IMG/VR virus record: IMGVR_UViG_2903617902_000001 | Location: 2,255 to 66,254 of that record | Length of the DNA stretch: 64,000 nucleotides | Direction: 5' to 3' (one strand) | Origin: a virus | Part shown: in pieces, positions 1 through 9,157 of the stretch | How the letters are laid out: each line of letters opens with the position of its first letter | Numbering within the stretch: the stretch's first letter is position 1 | Made by a program: the position numbers and the translations under genes | The notes under the pieces: model-generated | The model's database searches: none | What the model saw: only the letters and a program-made list of their open reading frames with translations | Told to the model about the DNA's origin: nothing

Positions 1-240
1 TATCCAAGGTCCCGTTATCGTAGCTACCTCTTCTAACGAATACATCAAACTATCTATAGAATCAACTACAAGAAGGGCTCCCGTTGAAGGGTCACAAGGC
101 TTTATTGATGACAAGCGAAGCCTTACTTCCTTTGGTAATTCTTGATAGGAAAGTTCTATACTTGGTAGCGATGAAACTTTATAGTCATAAGAGCTACAAC
201 CACAAAAAACTAACAAAAGACTAAAAAGAAAATATCTCAT
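1..240 (-). CDS. Host-side putative lipoprotein, 3' end outside window
   Basis: Hand translation MRYFLFSLLLVFCGCSSYDYK...; hydrophobic signal and lipobox-like Cys; frame open to position 1. Confidence 0.6.
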   Translation of the reverse strand, partial: MRYFLFSLLLVFCGCSSYDYKVSSLPSIELSYQELPKEVRLRLSSIKPCDPSTGALLVVDSIDSLMYSLEEVATITGPWI

Positions 241-666
241 TGCTATGGACTTATCTTTACCTAATCATTATACAAGCATACATCATTATAGAATATATGT
301 TTAATAAGTACGTACAAACTTACTTAAAATAATTGAGTGCGGTATAAATTACCCAAAAAAAATACACCCTATCGAACCCACAAAAAACTTAATTTGGCTT
401 TAATCATCATTGCTTTCACTTTTAACATTTAACATAATAGGCTGTGAAACAACACTTTGAAGTATCTGATAGGGTGACAGGAATGACAGTAAAAATGTTT
501 TGCTTTTTATAAACGAAATCCTTCATCTATCCTTTTTCATCACCATTAATATTGTATGATAGCCCCGTCCCCTCATGAGTCAACTATCAACACTTATCTA
601 GAAGATGCCTAAAAGCATTAAAGAATATCTATGAATTAACCCTAAAGAAATAAATATCTCAAAATA

Positions 667-698
667 TTTGGTATAGTCAAAAAAACTTAGTACCTTTG
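667..698 (+). promoter_or_regulatory. Bacteroidota sigma-A promoter for tRNA-Lys
   Basis: TTTG (667-670) and TACCTTTG (691-698) match the -33/-7 consensus. Confidence 0.75.
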
Positions 699-725
699 CA
701 ACCGCAATTAACAAAAGCATAGGGA

Positions 726-798
726 GATCCGCTAGCTCAGCTGGTAGAGCACAACACTTTTAATGTTGGGGTCATGGGTTCGAGCCCCATGCGGATCA
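726..798 (+). tRNA. tRNA-Lys(TTT), probable prophage integration locus
   Basis: Cloverleaf: GATCCGC/GCGGATC acceptor, CAACA-CTTTTAA-TGTTG anticodon arm, GGTTCGAGCC T-arm; integrase follows. Confidence 0.97.
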
Positions 799-805
799 CT
801 TGAAA

Positions 806-846
806 GAAATGCCTAAACTACCTTAGTTTTGGGCATTTTCTTTTTC
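806..846 (+). terminator. Intrinsic terminator after tRNA
   Basis: AAATGCCTAAACTA-cct-TAGTTTTGGGCATTT imperfect hairpin plus T-run. Confidence 0.7.
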
Positions 847-944
847 TAACTTACGTCTATATTAGTTAAAAAAAAGAGATTATTTTCTCAAATCTGACGT
901 AAACTGCGTTACTTTTGAGTATCCTTTAATTTTAACAAAACATT

Positions 945-2144
945 ATGGCAACACTTTCTCCAACAATTTTTAAAGCAAAGCAGCTTTCTAATGGAAAGCA
1001 CAAAATACGCATTGCTGTAAGACATCGTCATGAAACGTCTTATATTATCACACCTTATATTATAGATGATTTATCTCAGTTCAAAAATGGTCAAGTAGTA
1101 AAGAGATTCGATGCTGACATTATAAACATGCAGCTTCGCAATCTTTTAAACAAGTATCAAGAGATTCTAAATGACACTAACGGACTTGCTATGTTATCTT
1201 CAAGGGAGTTAAAGAATAGACTCGTTAACTACTCTGAGAAAGACGAAAACATAGCAATAGGTGTAATTTGTAAAGAGTACGTTAAAGAACTAAGAGAAGA
1301 CAAAAGAATTGGCTATGCTGAGCTTATAGAAAGGTGTTGTAAATACTTTACTGAATTTACGAAAGGTGACATAGCAGCTAAGGATATAACACCTACAACG
1401 ATTAGTAACTTTGAAAGATTCTTGAGGAATAAGAAAAAGCTCAATCAGACTACCACAGGAATGTACCTCGTTAGATTACGTGTCTTAACAAATCTTGCAA
1501 GAAAAAGATATTTCGTTAAGCAAGACATACCTCCTTTCCAAGATTGCAAAATACCTCAGTCTTTAGAACGAAATCTTGATTTGTCTGTTGAGCAATTTTG
1601 TAAGCTAAAGGCATACTTTCCTAAAAGCAAGATAGAATCTATAGCAAAAGACTTGTGGTTTCTGTCTTTTTATCTTGGCGGCATAAACCTAATAGATATA
1701 TTATCGATAAAGTTCTCAAACGACAAAGAGATAGAATACATACGTACAAAAACAAAAAACACGAAACGTGGAGATAAACGTATAGAGATATCAATACCTG
1801 TCGAAGCTCTTAACATAATAAACAAGTATAAATCAGACGATAATAGTCTTAAATTTGGATATTCATTTACTTACAGGAACTTTAATAGATACATTGCACG
1901 TACGTTACAAAAAATAGGTAAAAACATAGAAATACATCGATTATGCTTCTACTCGGCAAGAAAATCGTTTGTTCAATATGGGTTTGAATTAGGGATTCCT
2001 CTTGAGGTGCTTGAATATACAATAGGACAATCTATGAAGCAAAACAGACCTATATATAACTACATTCGAATAATGAGAAAGCATTCCGATGAAGCTATGA
2101 GAAAAATTCTTGAGTACACAAAAAAAGCTACTACACTTTTGTAG
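945..2144 (+). CDS. Tyrosine integrase (arm-binding, SAM-like and catalytic domains)
   Basis: Bacteroidota integrase layout; FYLGGINLIDI, YIRTKT, FYSARKSF, IGQS...IYNY motifs; next to tRNA. Confidence 0.92.
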   Translation: MATLSPTIFKAKQLSNGKHKIRIAVRHRHETSYIITPYIIDDLSQFKNGQVVKRFDADIINMQLRNLLNKYQEILNDTNGLAMLSSRELKNRLVNYSEKDENIAIGVICKEYVKELREDKRIGYAELIERCCKYFTEFTKGDIAAKDITPTTISNFERFLRNKKKLNQTTTGMYLVRLRVLTNLARKRYFVKQDIPPFQDCKIPQSLERNLDLSVEQFCKLKAYFPKSKIESIAKDLWFLSFYLGGINLIDILSIKFSNDKEIEYIRTKTKNTKRGDKRIEISIPVEALNIINKYKSDDNSLKFGYSFTYRNFNRYIARTLQKIGKNIEIHRLCFYSARKSFVQYGFELGIPLEVLEYTIGQSMKQNRPIYNYIRIMRKHSDEAMRKILEYTKKATTLL

Positions 2145-2156
2145 CAGCTTTTTTTA
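2119..2156. terminator. Bidirectional terminator at integrase end
   Basis: AAAAAAGCTACTACA-cttt-TGTAGCAGCTTTTTT. Confidence 0.75.
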
Positions 2157-2437
2157 TACAATTACTTATCCACTCTGATACGTTCTTGGGATTTGCTTTT
2201 TTAAGACATTTTGCAGCTTCTGCGTCTAAGTTAACACAAAGTTTCTTGGCAGGGTTATCCTAAAAATAATCTTACCTTAATAATAACTAAAAACCTAAAT
2301 CTATGTCAAATACGAATTCAATCCTTTTCTCCTACAAATTTAGCAAATTATCGTGAAAGATGCAAGAGAAAAGGAATATTTATTCGATGAATTTATGCAA
2401 ATTCTTTCAAATATTGCAAGTATTGGAAAGAATTTGT

Positions 2438-2561
2438 AAGGGAGCGAGCTTACCTAATTATACAACACATATTAGGTCATCAGAGCATAAAGACAACGCA
2501 GGTGTATTCTGCTGTGAAAGACACAACGATTAATAAGGAGATACGAAGAGCGTTTAGGTGA
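2438..2561 (+). pseudogene. C-terminal remnant of a tyrosine recombinase (invertase)
   Basis: KGASLP, then +1 nt, then IIQHILGHQSIKTTQVYSAVKDTTINKEIRRAFR*: LGHxxIxTTxxY catalytic box; no N-terminal part or start codon. Confidence 0.85.
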
Positions 2562-2563
2562 GG

Positions 2564-2585
2564 GTTCCATCGGGACTATCTTTGC
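2564..2585 (+). repeat. Left inversion site (22-bp inverted repeat)
   Basis: GTTCCATCGGGACTATCTTTGC is the exact reverse complement of 3475-3496. Confidence 0.95.
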
Positions 2586-3057
2586 TGAAAACAGAAGAAT
2601 AAGAAATCTACAGGTCTTATCTTTTACCAATATCAAAAGACTTGAATATGAGAATTTAAAGGACTGTGACTCTTTAGAATCAATTACTATTTCTAAGAGT
2701 GTAGATATTATAGACTGGTATACCTTCGGAGGTGTCACAGGAAAAAAACTTATGTCATTAAAGAATGTTATTGTCGAACAGGGGAAACTCTCATATATAC
2801 CAGAAGGTTTTGATAACAATATTAAGGATGTCGTTGACTACCCTTCTACTATTTCTTCTTTTGGGTGGAGTCAACCATCCTTGCGATCTAAGACTACCAT
2901 TTTAAGATCTAAAACCCCACCTAATATTGGAGATAGTTCGCTCGGTGGTAACGGACTTATATATGTTCCCGACGACGTAATAGACGTTTATAGACATTCT
3001 GACGGCTGGTCTCGTGTTGCAGAACGAATTTATCCCCTTAGTGAGTATCACTCTTGA
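2566..3057 (+). CDS. Silent alternative C-terminal cassette of the tail fibre (BspA-like leucine-rich repeat)
   Basis: Open frame SIGTIFAENRRIRNLQ...IYVPDD...IYPLSEYHS*; starts in the repeat in the same frame as the tail fibre SIGTIFA; includes listed ORF 2752-3057. Confidence 0.9.
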   Translation, partial: SIGTIFAENRRIRNLQVLSFTNIKRLEYENLKDCDSLESITISKSVDIIDWYTFGGVTGKKLMSLKNVIVEQGKLSYIPEGFDNNIKDVVDYPSTISSFGWSQPSLRSKTTILRSKTPPNIGDSSLGGNGLIYVPDDVIDVYRHSDGWSRVAERIYPLSEYHS

Positions 3058-3071
3058 TACTCACTAAGGGG
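3034..3071. repeat. Perfect 17-bp palindrome where the two cassettes meet tail-to-tail
   Basis: CCCCTTAGTGAGTATCA-ctct-TGATACTCACTAAGGGG; both strands encode PLSEY. Confidence 0.95.
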
Positions 3072-5042
3072 TAAGATATTTCCTAAATAACCTTGCATAG
3101 CTTGACGATTCCATTTTGTACTTTGCTTGTATGTTTCGACTAAATGAGACGCTACGTATAGAGTATCAATTCGTACGGCAAGGATTCCCCAATATCTAAT
3201 TGTGTCAATATAGTTGTTGCCTTTGAGAACTAATTTCTTTATTCTCGCACTATTAAATGAGAGCTCATCAATAGCTATTACAGAAGAGGGTATTATAACG
3301 CACTCCCCTTGACTATAACGGAACATCGAATTAGGAACCATGGTTAATCCTTCTGGGAGAGATATTGTTCCAAATATAGATCTCTCGAAGGCTCCTTTTT
3401 CGCCAAAAGGTTTCTTTTCTTTCTTCAAATCAGAGAAATATTGAAGCTCCGTAAACCCTTTTATGGTACGATTTGCAAAGATAGTCCCGATGGAACTAAC
3501 AGCTGCGGCTTCTTCCATACTTAGCTCACCGTCACCGTCCTTATCCCAGTTTTCCACGCAAATGCGCTTCACCTCTGGGTCCTCGAAGCGAATCCACCAC
3601 TTAGCGATGTTCAATTTAAGTTTTGGGTAATGAGTCATCAACGCATCGTAGGTGTCACGATACGCACCAGTGGTGAGGTTGATAGTACCGTCCAAGACAG
3701 GGTAAGGGTCATTGCCGTACTGACCCTCTGCGTCGATTCCTTGGTAAGTGCCGTCTACGAGCTGGGAGAGTTTATCAAAGGCTCGCCCGTCTGTAAATGT
3801 TTCATTGAAGCCAACACAGCGCACGTAGCGGAGAGCGTGAGGGGTTTGTCCTACCTGTACATCCATAATATCGATGAGCTTCTTCACGGGTTGAAGATTA
3901 TCGCAACCGCTGACAAAGTAGCTCATCACGTTCGGTGCGCAGGCTTCAGTGTTGCAGTGCTCGTTCGTGAGGCGGTCGAGGTTCTTGAGTTCGATATAGG
4001 ACGTGGTTGCTGGATAATCGGCTTCCTCGAGCACACCACCATCTGCGAAGTGTGCTTCGGTTAACGAGGACCCACCAGCGAGGAACTTACGCAGACGGAA
4101 GTTACTACGCATATCGAGCGAGCCTCCAAGCGTAGATATATTCTGAACATCAATCTCCTCTAAGGAGGTTGTATTGCCAAGCGTAAGCGAAGATATAAGT
4201 ATCTTCACCTTCTGCTCGTTCTCATCACCGAGCTTTAATCGTTTGAGTCGCTTACCAATAATAGATAACGCACCATTGATGACATACGAACTCCAATCGC
4301 CTATATCGAGCAGGTAGTCTGCTGATTTAACTGATAGCTGCTGGTCGGACGTGCCGTTAATATCGACTATAATCTCACAAGCCTTACCAGCATCAGTGCG
4401 AGCACCACGCATGATTGTGGTACCGTATGCGATTGTAGGGTACAGCTTCATTGCAGGAGTCAAGCGTAATGTAATAGAGTTAGTTGTAGCGTCCGCCTGT
4501 GCAGAGGTACGAACAGTTATCGCACCTTCAGCGGTCTTAGCGTCGTAATCTCCGAAGCTGTACTTAGACATAAGGTATTGGATGCGTTTCTTGACCCAAG
4601 CAACTTCAGGTGACTTACCATCACCGAGCGACTGGCCCAGAGGGTCGGTATCGTTCGTATATGTACCTTGCAGCATGGCAAGCTTCATTTTTTCGTACAG
4701 CTTTCCATCCTCATTGTAGAGCATAGATGAGAATTTATCTATCACAGAGAAATAGTACTTATCAAAGAATGCAAAGAGTTTCTGCTGGTGCGTACCCTTT
4801 TGTAGACCTCCGAGTTCCTCCATCTTCGCAAGCATACGACGCATCATCTGCGCACGCTCCTCTGGGTACGCTTGTTCCATCAAGTTCCATAGTACGGATT
4901 TCTCACCGTTCCATACTGGCGTACCGTCCTCGTAGGTGTCGTGATACTCTACGTGGTAAGGTTTCTTCATTAAACCTTGGTTGATGACTGTCAGGATAGT
5001 ATCAAGGTCATCCTGACGAAACTTCCATTTACTCTTTGCCAT
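3048..5042 (-). CDS. Tail fibre / receptor-binding protein with switchable BspA-like LRR C-terminus
   Basis: FEDPEVKRICVENWDKDGDGELSMEEA motif, then LRR-like IIPSSVIAIDELSF; at the end of the tail module. Confidence 0.8.
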   Translation of the reverse strand: MAKSKWKFRQDDLDTILTVINQGLMKKPYHVEYHDTYEDGTPVWNGEKSVLWNLMEQAYPEERAQMMRRMLAKMEELGGLQKGTHQQKLFAFFDKYYFSVIDKFSSMLYNEDGKLYEKMKLAMLQGTYTNDTDPLGQSLGDGKSPEVAWVKKRIQYLMSKYSFGDYDAKTAEGAITVRTSAQADATTNSITLRLTPAMKLYPTIAYGTTIMRGARTDAGKACEIIVDINGTSDQQLSVKSADYLLDIGDWSSYVINGALSIIGKRLKRLKLGDENEQKVKILISSLTLGNTTSLEEIDVQNISTLGGSLDMRSNFRLRKFLAGGSSLTEAHFADGGVLEEADYPATTSYIELKNLDRLTNEHCNTEACAPNVMSYFVSGCDNLQPVKKLIDIMDVQVGQTPHALRYVRCVGFNETFTDGRAFDKLSQLVDGTYQGIDAEGQYGNDPYPVLDGTINLTTGAYRDTYDALMTHYPKLKLNIAKWWIRFEDPEVKRICVENWDKDGDGELSMEEAAAVSSIGTIFANRTIKGFTELQYFSDLKKEKKPFGEKGAFERSIFGTISLPEGLTMVPNSMFRYSQGECVIIPSSVIAIDELSFNSARIKKLVLKGNNYIDTIRYWGILAVRIDTLYVASHLVETYKQSTKWNRQAMQGYLGNILPLSEYQE
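3475..3496 (-). repeat. Right inversion site inside tail fibre gene
   Basis: GCAAAGATAGTCCCGATGGAAC, inverted copy of 2564-2585. Confidence 0.95.
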
Positions 5043-5044
5043 AT

Positions 5045-8000
5045 CTATTCTGCATTGAAATTATACGGATATATGTTCTTTGCGCAGTTATCGGTCGCTG
5101 CCACCGCTTCAACATATAGTTGATGATAAAGTAGGTCGCTGATGTCCCAGTGCTGTGACTGCTCAGCACGGAACTTCTGAATGCGTGCTGCCTTGAATAA
5201 CTCATTGAGCTGGGCTGCATCACTAACCGAGTTGAATATCGTCTCGGTTAAGCCGTACTTATCTCCGACTAACTGCTGACGGAGATTAACCACTGTTGCA
5301 CCGCTATCGAGTGTTGACGGACAGAATTTCTTATACAAGCTATCGTAATAGTACAGGTTGTACTGGTTAGAGTCGTCCTGCTTTGCTATCCAATACTCGA
5401 TATGGGTTGAATGTGGGTCAGCATTCAGTTCGTCAAGCGTTCCATTGAAAGGCTCAATGAATGTATTGCACGAATAGATGATATTGTAAGCCGTGATATA
5501 CGATTCAACGAGCTGCTCTGCACGCTGTCGTGTCTCATTATCTGCTGTAGTCTTATCATCCGCAGGGAGGTCGGCATAATCCAAGTCCCAACAATTCTCC
5601 CAAGAGAGTTCAGAGACTTGGTACTGGTATGCTTCCTCCTCCGTATTGTAACGGATGCGCCTTTTGTCCCAAGGCACTTGATAGAGTGTCAAGCGTGGAG
5701 AGTTGTCTGAACCCTCGATAGATAAGAGGTCAGGGAAAAGGTCCTTATCATATCCGAAGGTTGCAGCATCACCCTTGTCTGGTCCAATAGTGAACAAACC
5801 GACGAACTTATACGTCACAGTACCGTCCTCCGCTGTCTGTTTCTCGAAGCCTACAAATGTCTCTTGGTAAATAGATACACGTGCTTCGCTGTTCTGTTCG
5901 ATACCCTCATTAGTCAAGCCAACCGCTTTCCATAGGTCGGTAAATGAATTTACAGACCCCATCTTGTGATATTGCATAGAAGAAGCGATATTCTTCTTTC
6001 CTGTCAGCTTTGAGATTTTAGGCAGATTCTTGAACAACTCAAACTTCTTCTGTGCCGTTTGTCCGTCCTCATACACGATGGTCGTATCCTTGGCTACCTT
6101 TGCTTTCCAGTTCCATAGATAATAGAGCATAGAGGATGTACCTTGACCTTGCAGTTGGAGGTTGGTAATCGTCAATCGGTTAAGATTCGTGTTGCCATCC
6201 TTAGGGTATATCTCAAGTGTTCCCTTTGGACGATAAGACTTGCCGTATTCGTATGCTGGGAGTGGCTTATCAAAAGTAAAGACATTCACCTTGCCACGCA
6301 CTTTGTCAAAGTCGACCGTGGTACCGAGCGTATCGTAGATGTCGTTATCTAACTTTTCAGCACTCTTCTCACCGACAGTCGACAAGGCATTAATATAGTC
6401 TTGATGTACGTTTGCAGCGTCCATTGCGCTGTCATACACACGAATAGAGTACAAATCAACGTCCGCCTTGTCAGAACCTATAACGATACCACCTCCTGAA
6501 CCTATCTGCATAGAATCAGTAAGCAAGTAAGCGAACTTGCGAGATTCTACACCGTCAATGTAGAGATACACGAGGTTAAGATAATACGTATTACCATTCA
6601 AGACGTAGGTGTACTTCTTTGGCGAGATAACGAGTGCCAGGCGAATACGCACGCCATCGTCAGTACTCATCGCCTGCACATCAGCGTTACGCTCGCTACG
6701 AGTTGCGAACATAATAGAGGACGGCTTTACTTTCAATCCGATATACCCCTTCTGATAAGGCATAGCAATAGAGATACACTCTGTATCGTAATCAGATGTA
6801 TTGTTAATCTGATAGTCTATCTCAATAGTCTTACCCGTTTGTGCTGCCTCCTTTGCGAAAGGCTTGTAATCAATCGTGAGACGTGCGCCTGCCGTGAGGC
6901 GAAGTGTACGTGCGCCTTCCTCGTCCATTACCCATCCATCACGTGAAAAGGCTACGTTCTGCCACTCCGCACCGATATGCTCGGTATTGATAAGGTTACG
7001 AAGGACGTTACGGTCGGTGTCGGTGTTGTTTCTATTCTTTGCATTCAAATAGAACACCGCTCCTGCTGTAGCTGAATAGCCTTGTGAGTTATCCACAGGG
7101 AATGGGATAGCGTCACGTAGTCGCACCTCGTCAGTTGGGTGAGTACGGAATCCGATTAACGCCGTAAAGTCAGAGTTATCTATTGTCTCGACCTCAAGCG
7201 AAAGCGTGTATTGCATCTTGGTTTGTGTCAGCGTATTCTCAGACACATTTTCTTGCAGCACCTCGTTATCCTTCTTCATCAAGATTGAGAGTGGTGTTGT
7301 AACAGCCTTGCCGTCATATACAGCGTATTCCAATACCTTATTTTCGTACCAGTTCAGCAGCTTCTCCGCCTTGTTGTTCACGACTACCATCTTCACAGTT
7401 TCGTTATTAGCCACCGCCATAAAGTCGTAGCCTACTGGAGTAGTCTGCACAGTATTGTCTTCATTCGATAGCCAAGCAGAGAGATGGAAGATACCTGTCT
7501 TATTCGTGAATGGAACGGTATAGGCTACAGGAGATGATGTATAAGTGGCAGTACCGAATTGACGCTCATACGTCTGCTCGTAGCCTTCACCCGTAATCTT
7601 CACATGAAGCGTCTTAGAGATATTACCGCTGATGTAGCAAGGCAGCACAATGTCGCCTTGATAGGCTTTCCACCAGTTGAACTCTGAGATAGAAAGGAAG
7701 AGAGCCGACAGCGTGATAGAGTAGACCAAGGCAGGAGAGGTTTGTCCTGTCACCTCACCAGTAATCTTCACCATGATATTGTTCTGTCCACTCTCAAGGA
7801 ACTTGAAGACATCAACCGTGGTAATGGTATTCGACTGACAGCGACCACGAGCCTTACTAACGAACGTACCATCGCCAGCCTTAGCGAAGATTTCGTACGT
7901 TCCCCATTCGCCACTATCTACATAATCCGCCTGTCCTACATCCTTAGTGCGAGAGACAAACATAAATCGAATAGCGCACTCACCAGCCGACTTAGAGGCA

Positions 8001-8359
8001 GACAAGGTTGCGGAAGGTAATTGATTGATAGCACGCAGATAGTACAAAATAGTCTGCTGTTGTCCGCCACCGCCTTGCCCTATTAAAAGCTCTGATAGCT
8101 TCACTGGCGTCCACTGATCATCGAGCCAAACCAGCACCCAGGTATCCGATGTAAGGTTATCCGCCTCGCTATTGACGTTGGAAAGTTGCCCTATTGAGGG
8201 TCTGTTCTTAGCTACAACAGCTTTCGTACGCTCCTCTTCTGCGTTGCGTTCCTGTATGAGTTCGTTAATCTTCTCGGGAATCTTGTTAAATTCCTCAGCC
8301 GTGAGTTGGTTTCCCGTTTGCTTATTAGGGATGTAAATTGGTTCTATCGTCTTAGCCAT
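5045..8359 (-). CDS. Large tail-associated structural protein (beta-sandwich/LamG-like region, start of CotH-like region)
   Basis: 1104 aa; YLYIDGV...ADVDLYSIRVYDSA lectin-like segment; ends ATDNCAKNIYPY. Confidence 0.65.
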   Translation of the reverse strand: MAKTIEPIYIPNKQTGNQLTAEEFNKIPEKINELIQERNAEEERTKAVVAKNRPSIGQLSNVNSEADNLTSDTWVLVWLDDQWTPVKLSELLIGQGGGGQQQTILYYLRAINQLPSATLSASKSAGECAIRFMFVSRTKDVGQADYVDSGEWGTYEIFAKAGDGTFVSKARGRCQSNTITTVDVFKFLESGQNNIMVKITGEVTGQTSPALVYSITLSALFLSISEFNWWKAYQGDIVLPCYISGNISKTLHVKITGEGYEQTYERQFGTATYTSSPVAYTVPFTNKTGIFHLSAWLSNEDNTVQTTPVGYDFMAVANNETVKMVVVNNKAEKLLNWYENKVLEYAVYDGKAVTTPLSILMKKDNEVLQENVSENTLTQTKMQYTLSLEVETIDNSDFTALIGFRTHPTDEVRLRDAIPFPVDNSQGYSATAGAVFYLNAKNRNNTDTDRNVLRNLINTEHIGAEWQNVAFSRDGWVMDEEGARTLRLTAGARLTIDYKPFAKEAAQTGKTIEIDYQINNTSDYDTECISIAMPYQKGYIGLKVKPSSIMFATRSERNADVQAMSTDDGVRIRLALVISPKKYTYVLNGNTYYLNLVYLYIDGVESRKFAYLLTDSMQIGSGGGIVIGSDKADVDLYSIRVYDSAMDAANVHQDYINALSTVGEKSAEKLDNDIYDTLGTTVDFDKVRGKVNVFTFDKPLPAYEYGKSYRPKGTLEIYPKDGNTNLNRLTITNLQLQGQGTSSMLYYLWNWKAKVAKDTTIVYEDGQTAQKKFELFKNLPKISKLTGKKNIASSMQYHKMGSVNSFTDLWKAVGLTNEGIEQNSEARVSIYQETFVGFEKQTAEDGTVTYKFVGLFTIGPDKGDAATFGYDKDLFPDLLSIEGSDNSPRLTLYQVPWDKRRIRYNTEEEAYQYQVSELSWENCWDLDYADLPADDKTTADNETRQRAEQLVESYITAYNIIYSCNTFIEPFNGTLDELNADPHSTHIEYWIAKQDDSNQYNLYYYDSLYKKFCPSTLDSGATVVNLRQQLVGDKYGLTETIFNSVSDAAQLNELFKAARIQKFRAEQSQHWDISDLLYHQLYVEAVAATDNCAKNIYPYNFNAE

Positions 8360-8361
8360 GT

Positions 8362-8583
8362 CTATGCTAGTTTGAATGGGAATGTATAAGTAAATCCGTT
8401 GTTGCCCTCCACCTCTAATCCGTGTGCCAATGATAGCGCATGGCAGATGATGTCTTGTAGGAGTTTGGGGTGAGAGGAAGAAAAACTCTCACCCGTATTA
8501 TCTTCGATGCCACGGATAGATGCTTGTACAAAACGGTTATCTTTCGTGCGGCTCTCTGTGAGATGTAGCTTGATGTACTTCAT
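8362..8583 (-). CDS. Hypothetical protein
   Basis: 73-aa ORF tightly packed in the operon. Confidence 0.6.
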   Translation of the reverse strand: MKYIKLHLTESRTKDNRFVQASIRGIEDNTGESFSSSHPKLLQDIICHALSLAHGLEVEGNNGFTYTFPFKLA

Positions 8584-8630
8584 TATAGAATTTCTTGCAA
8601 GTTATTCAAGAATTTGCAAGGATTAATACG

Positions 8631-9146
8631 CTAAAGCTTTCGATATTTTTTCAGCAGCCATACCAGGATGTAACCCACTGATGCAAGTATAAAAGTAGAC
8701 ATTGCGCCAATTGCCCATCCGCCGACATCCATCTTTAGCTTCTCCCATCGGGATAGCTTCTTCTCTACTGGAACAGGGACTTCAATGCGTTCTTTCCTTG
8801 TTGCTCGCAGGCTGTCATTACTTGCCTTATAGCGATCAAGCTGACGTTGCAGTGTTAGATTATCCTGCGTAGCGTGCCATCGGTCACGATAGCGAACGAT
8901 CAACCGTTCCTTAACGTTGCCTTGCTCGTCCTTGACGATCACCACACTGTCATGGATAGCAATGCTGTCACGGATGTTTATCACCTGCCGAATGATAAGG
9001 CTGTCCTTAATGTGTACGCTGTCTTTTCTCGCCATATAGACCGTATCGGTGCGCACGCTCTGCACAGGAACATACACTCTATGCGAACAGCTAACGCAAA
9101 GTACCGCAAAAAATATTGCAACGAATAGTAAATGTTTCTTTTCCAT
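8631..9146 (-). CDS. Putative unimolecular spanin-like lipoprotein
   Basis: N-terminal lipobox (VSC) and C-terminal transmembrane helix; follows endolysin. Confidence 0.65.
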   Translation of the reverse strand: MEKKHLLFVAIFFAVLCVSCSHRVYVPVQSVRTDTVYMARKDSVHIKDSLIIRQVINIRDSIAIHDSVVIVKDEQGNVKERLIVRYRDRWHATQDNLTLQRQLDRYKASNDSLRATRKERIEVPVPVEKKLSRWEKLKMDVGGWAIGAMSTFILASVGYILVWLLKKYRKL

Positions 9147-9157
9147 ATATCCCTTAC

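Noticed and set aside
2412..2443. Similarity to 8593-8622 (TTGCAAG...AAGAATTTG.AAGG)
   Set aside because: Gapped, AT-rich, and no clear function
2472..2819. Minus-strand 115-aa ORF and the many short ORFs antisense to long phage genes (e.g. 3630-4064, 11188-11721, 39629-40078, 63420-63824)
   Set aside because: Shadow frames of well-supported genes with no recognisable motifs
2564..5042. Diversity-generating retroelement acting on the tail fibre
   Set aside because: No reverse transcriptase and no adenine-specific TR/VR pair seen; variation is explained by inversion
5043..5047. TAG reassignment or readthrough joining the two tail ORFs
   Set aside because: The downstream ORF is in a different frame, TAG ends other genes normally, and no suppressor tRNA was found
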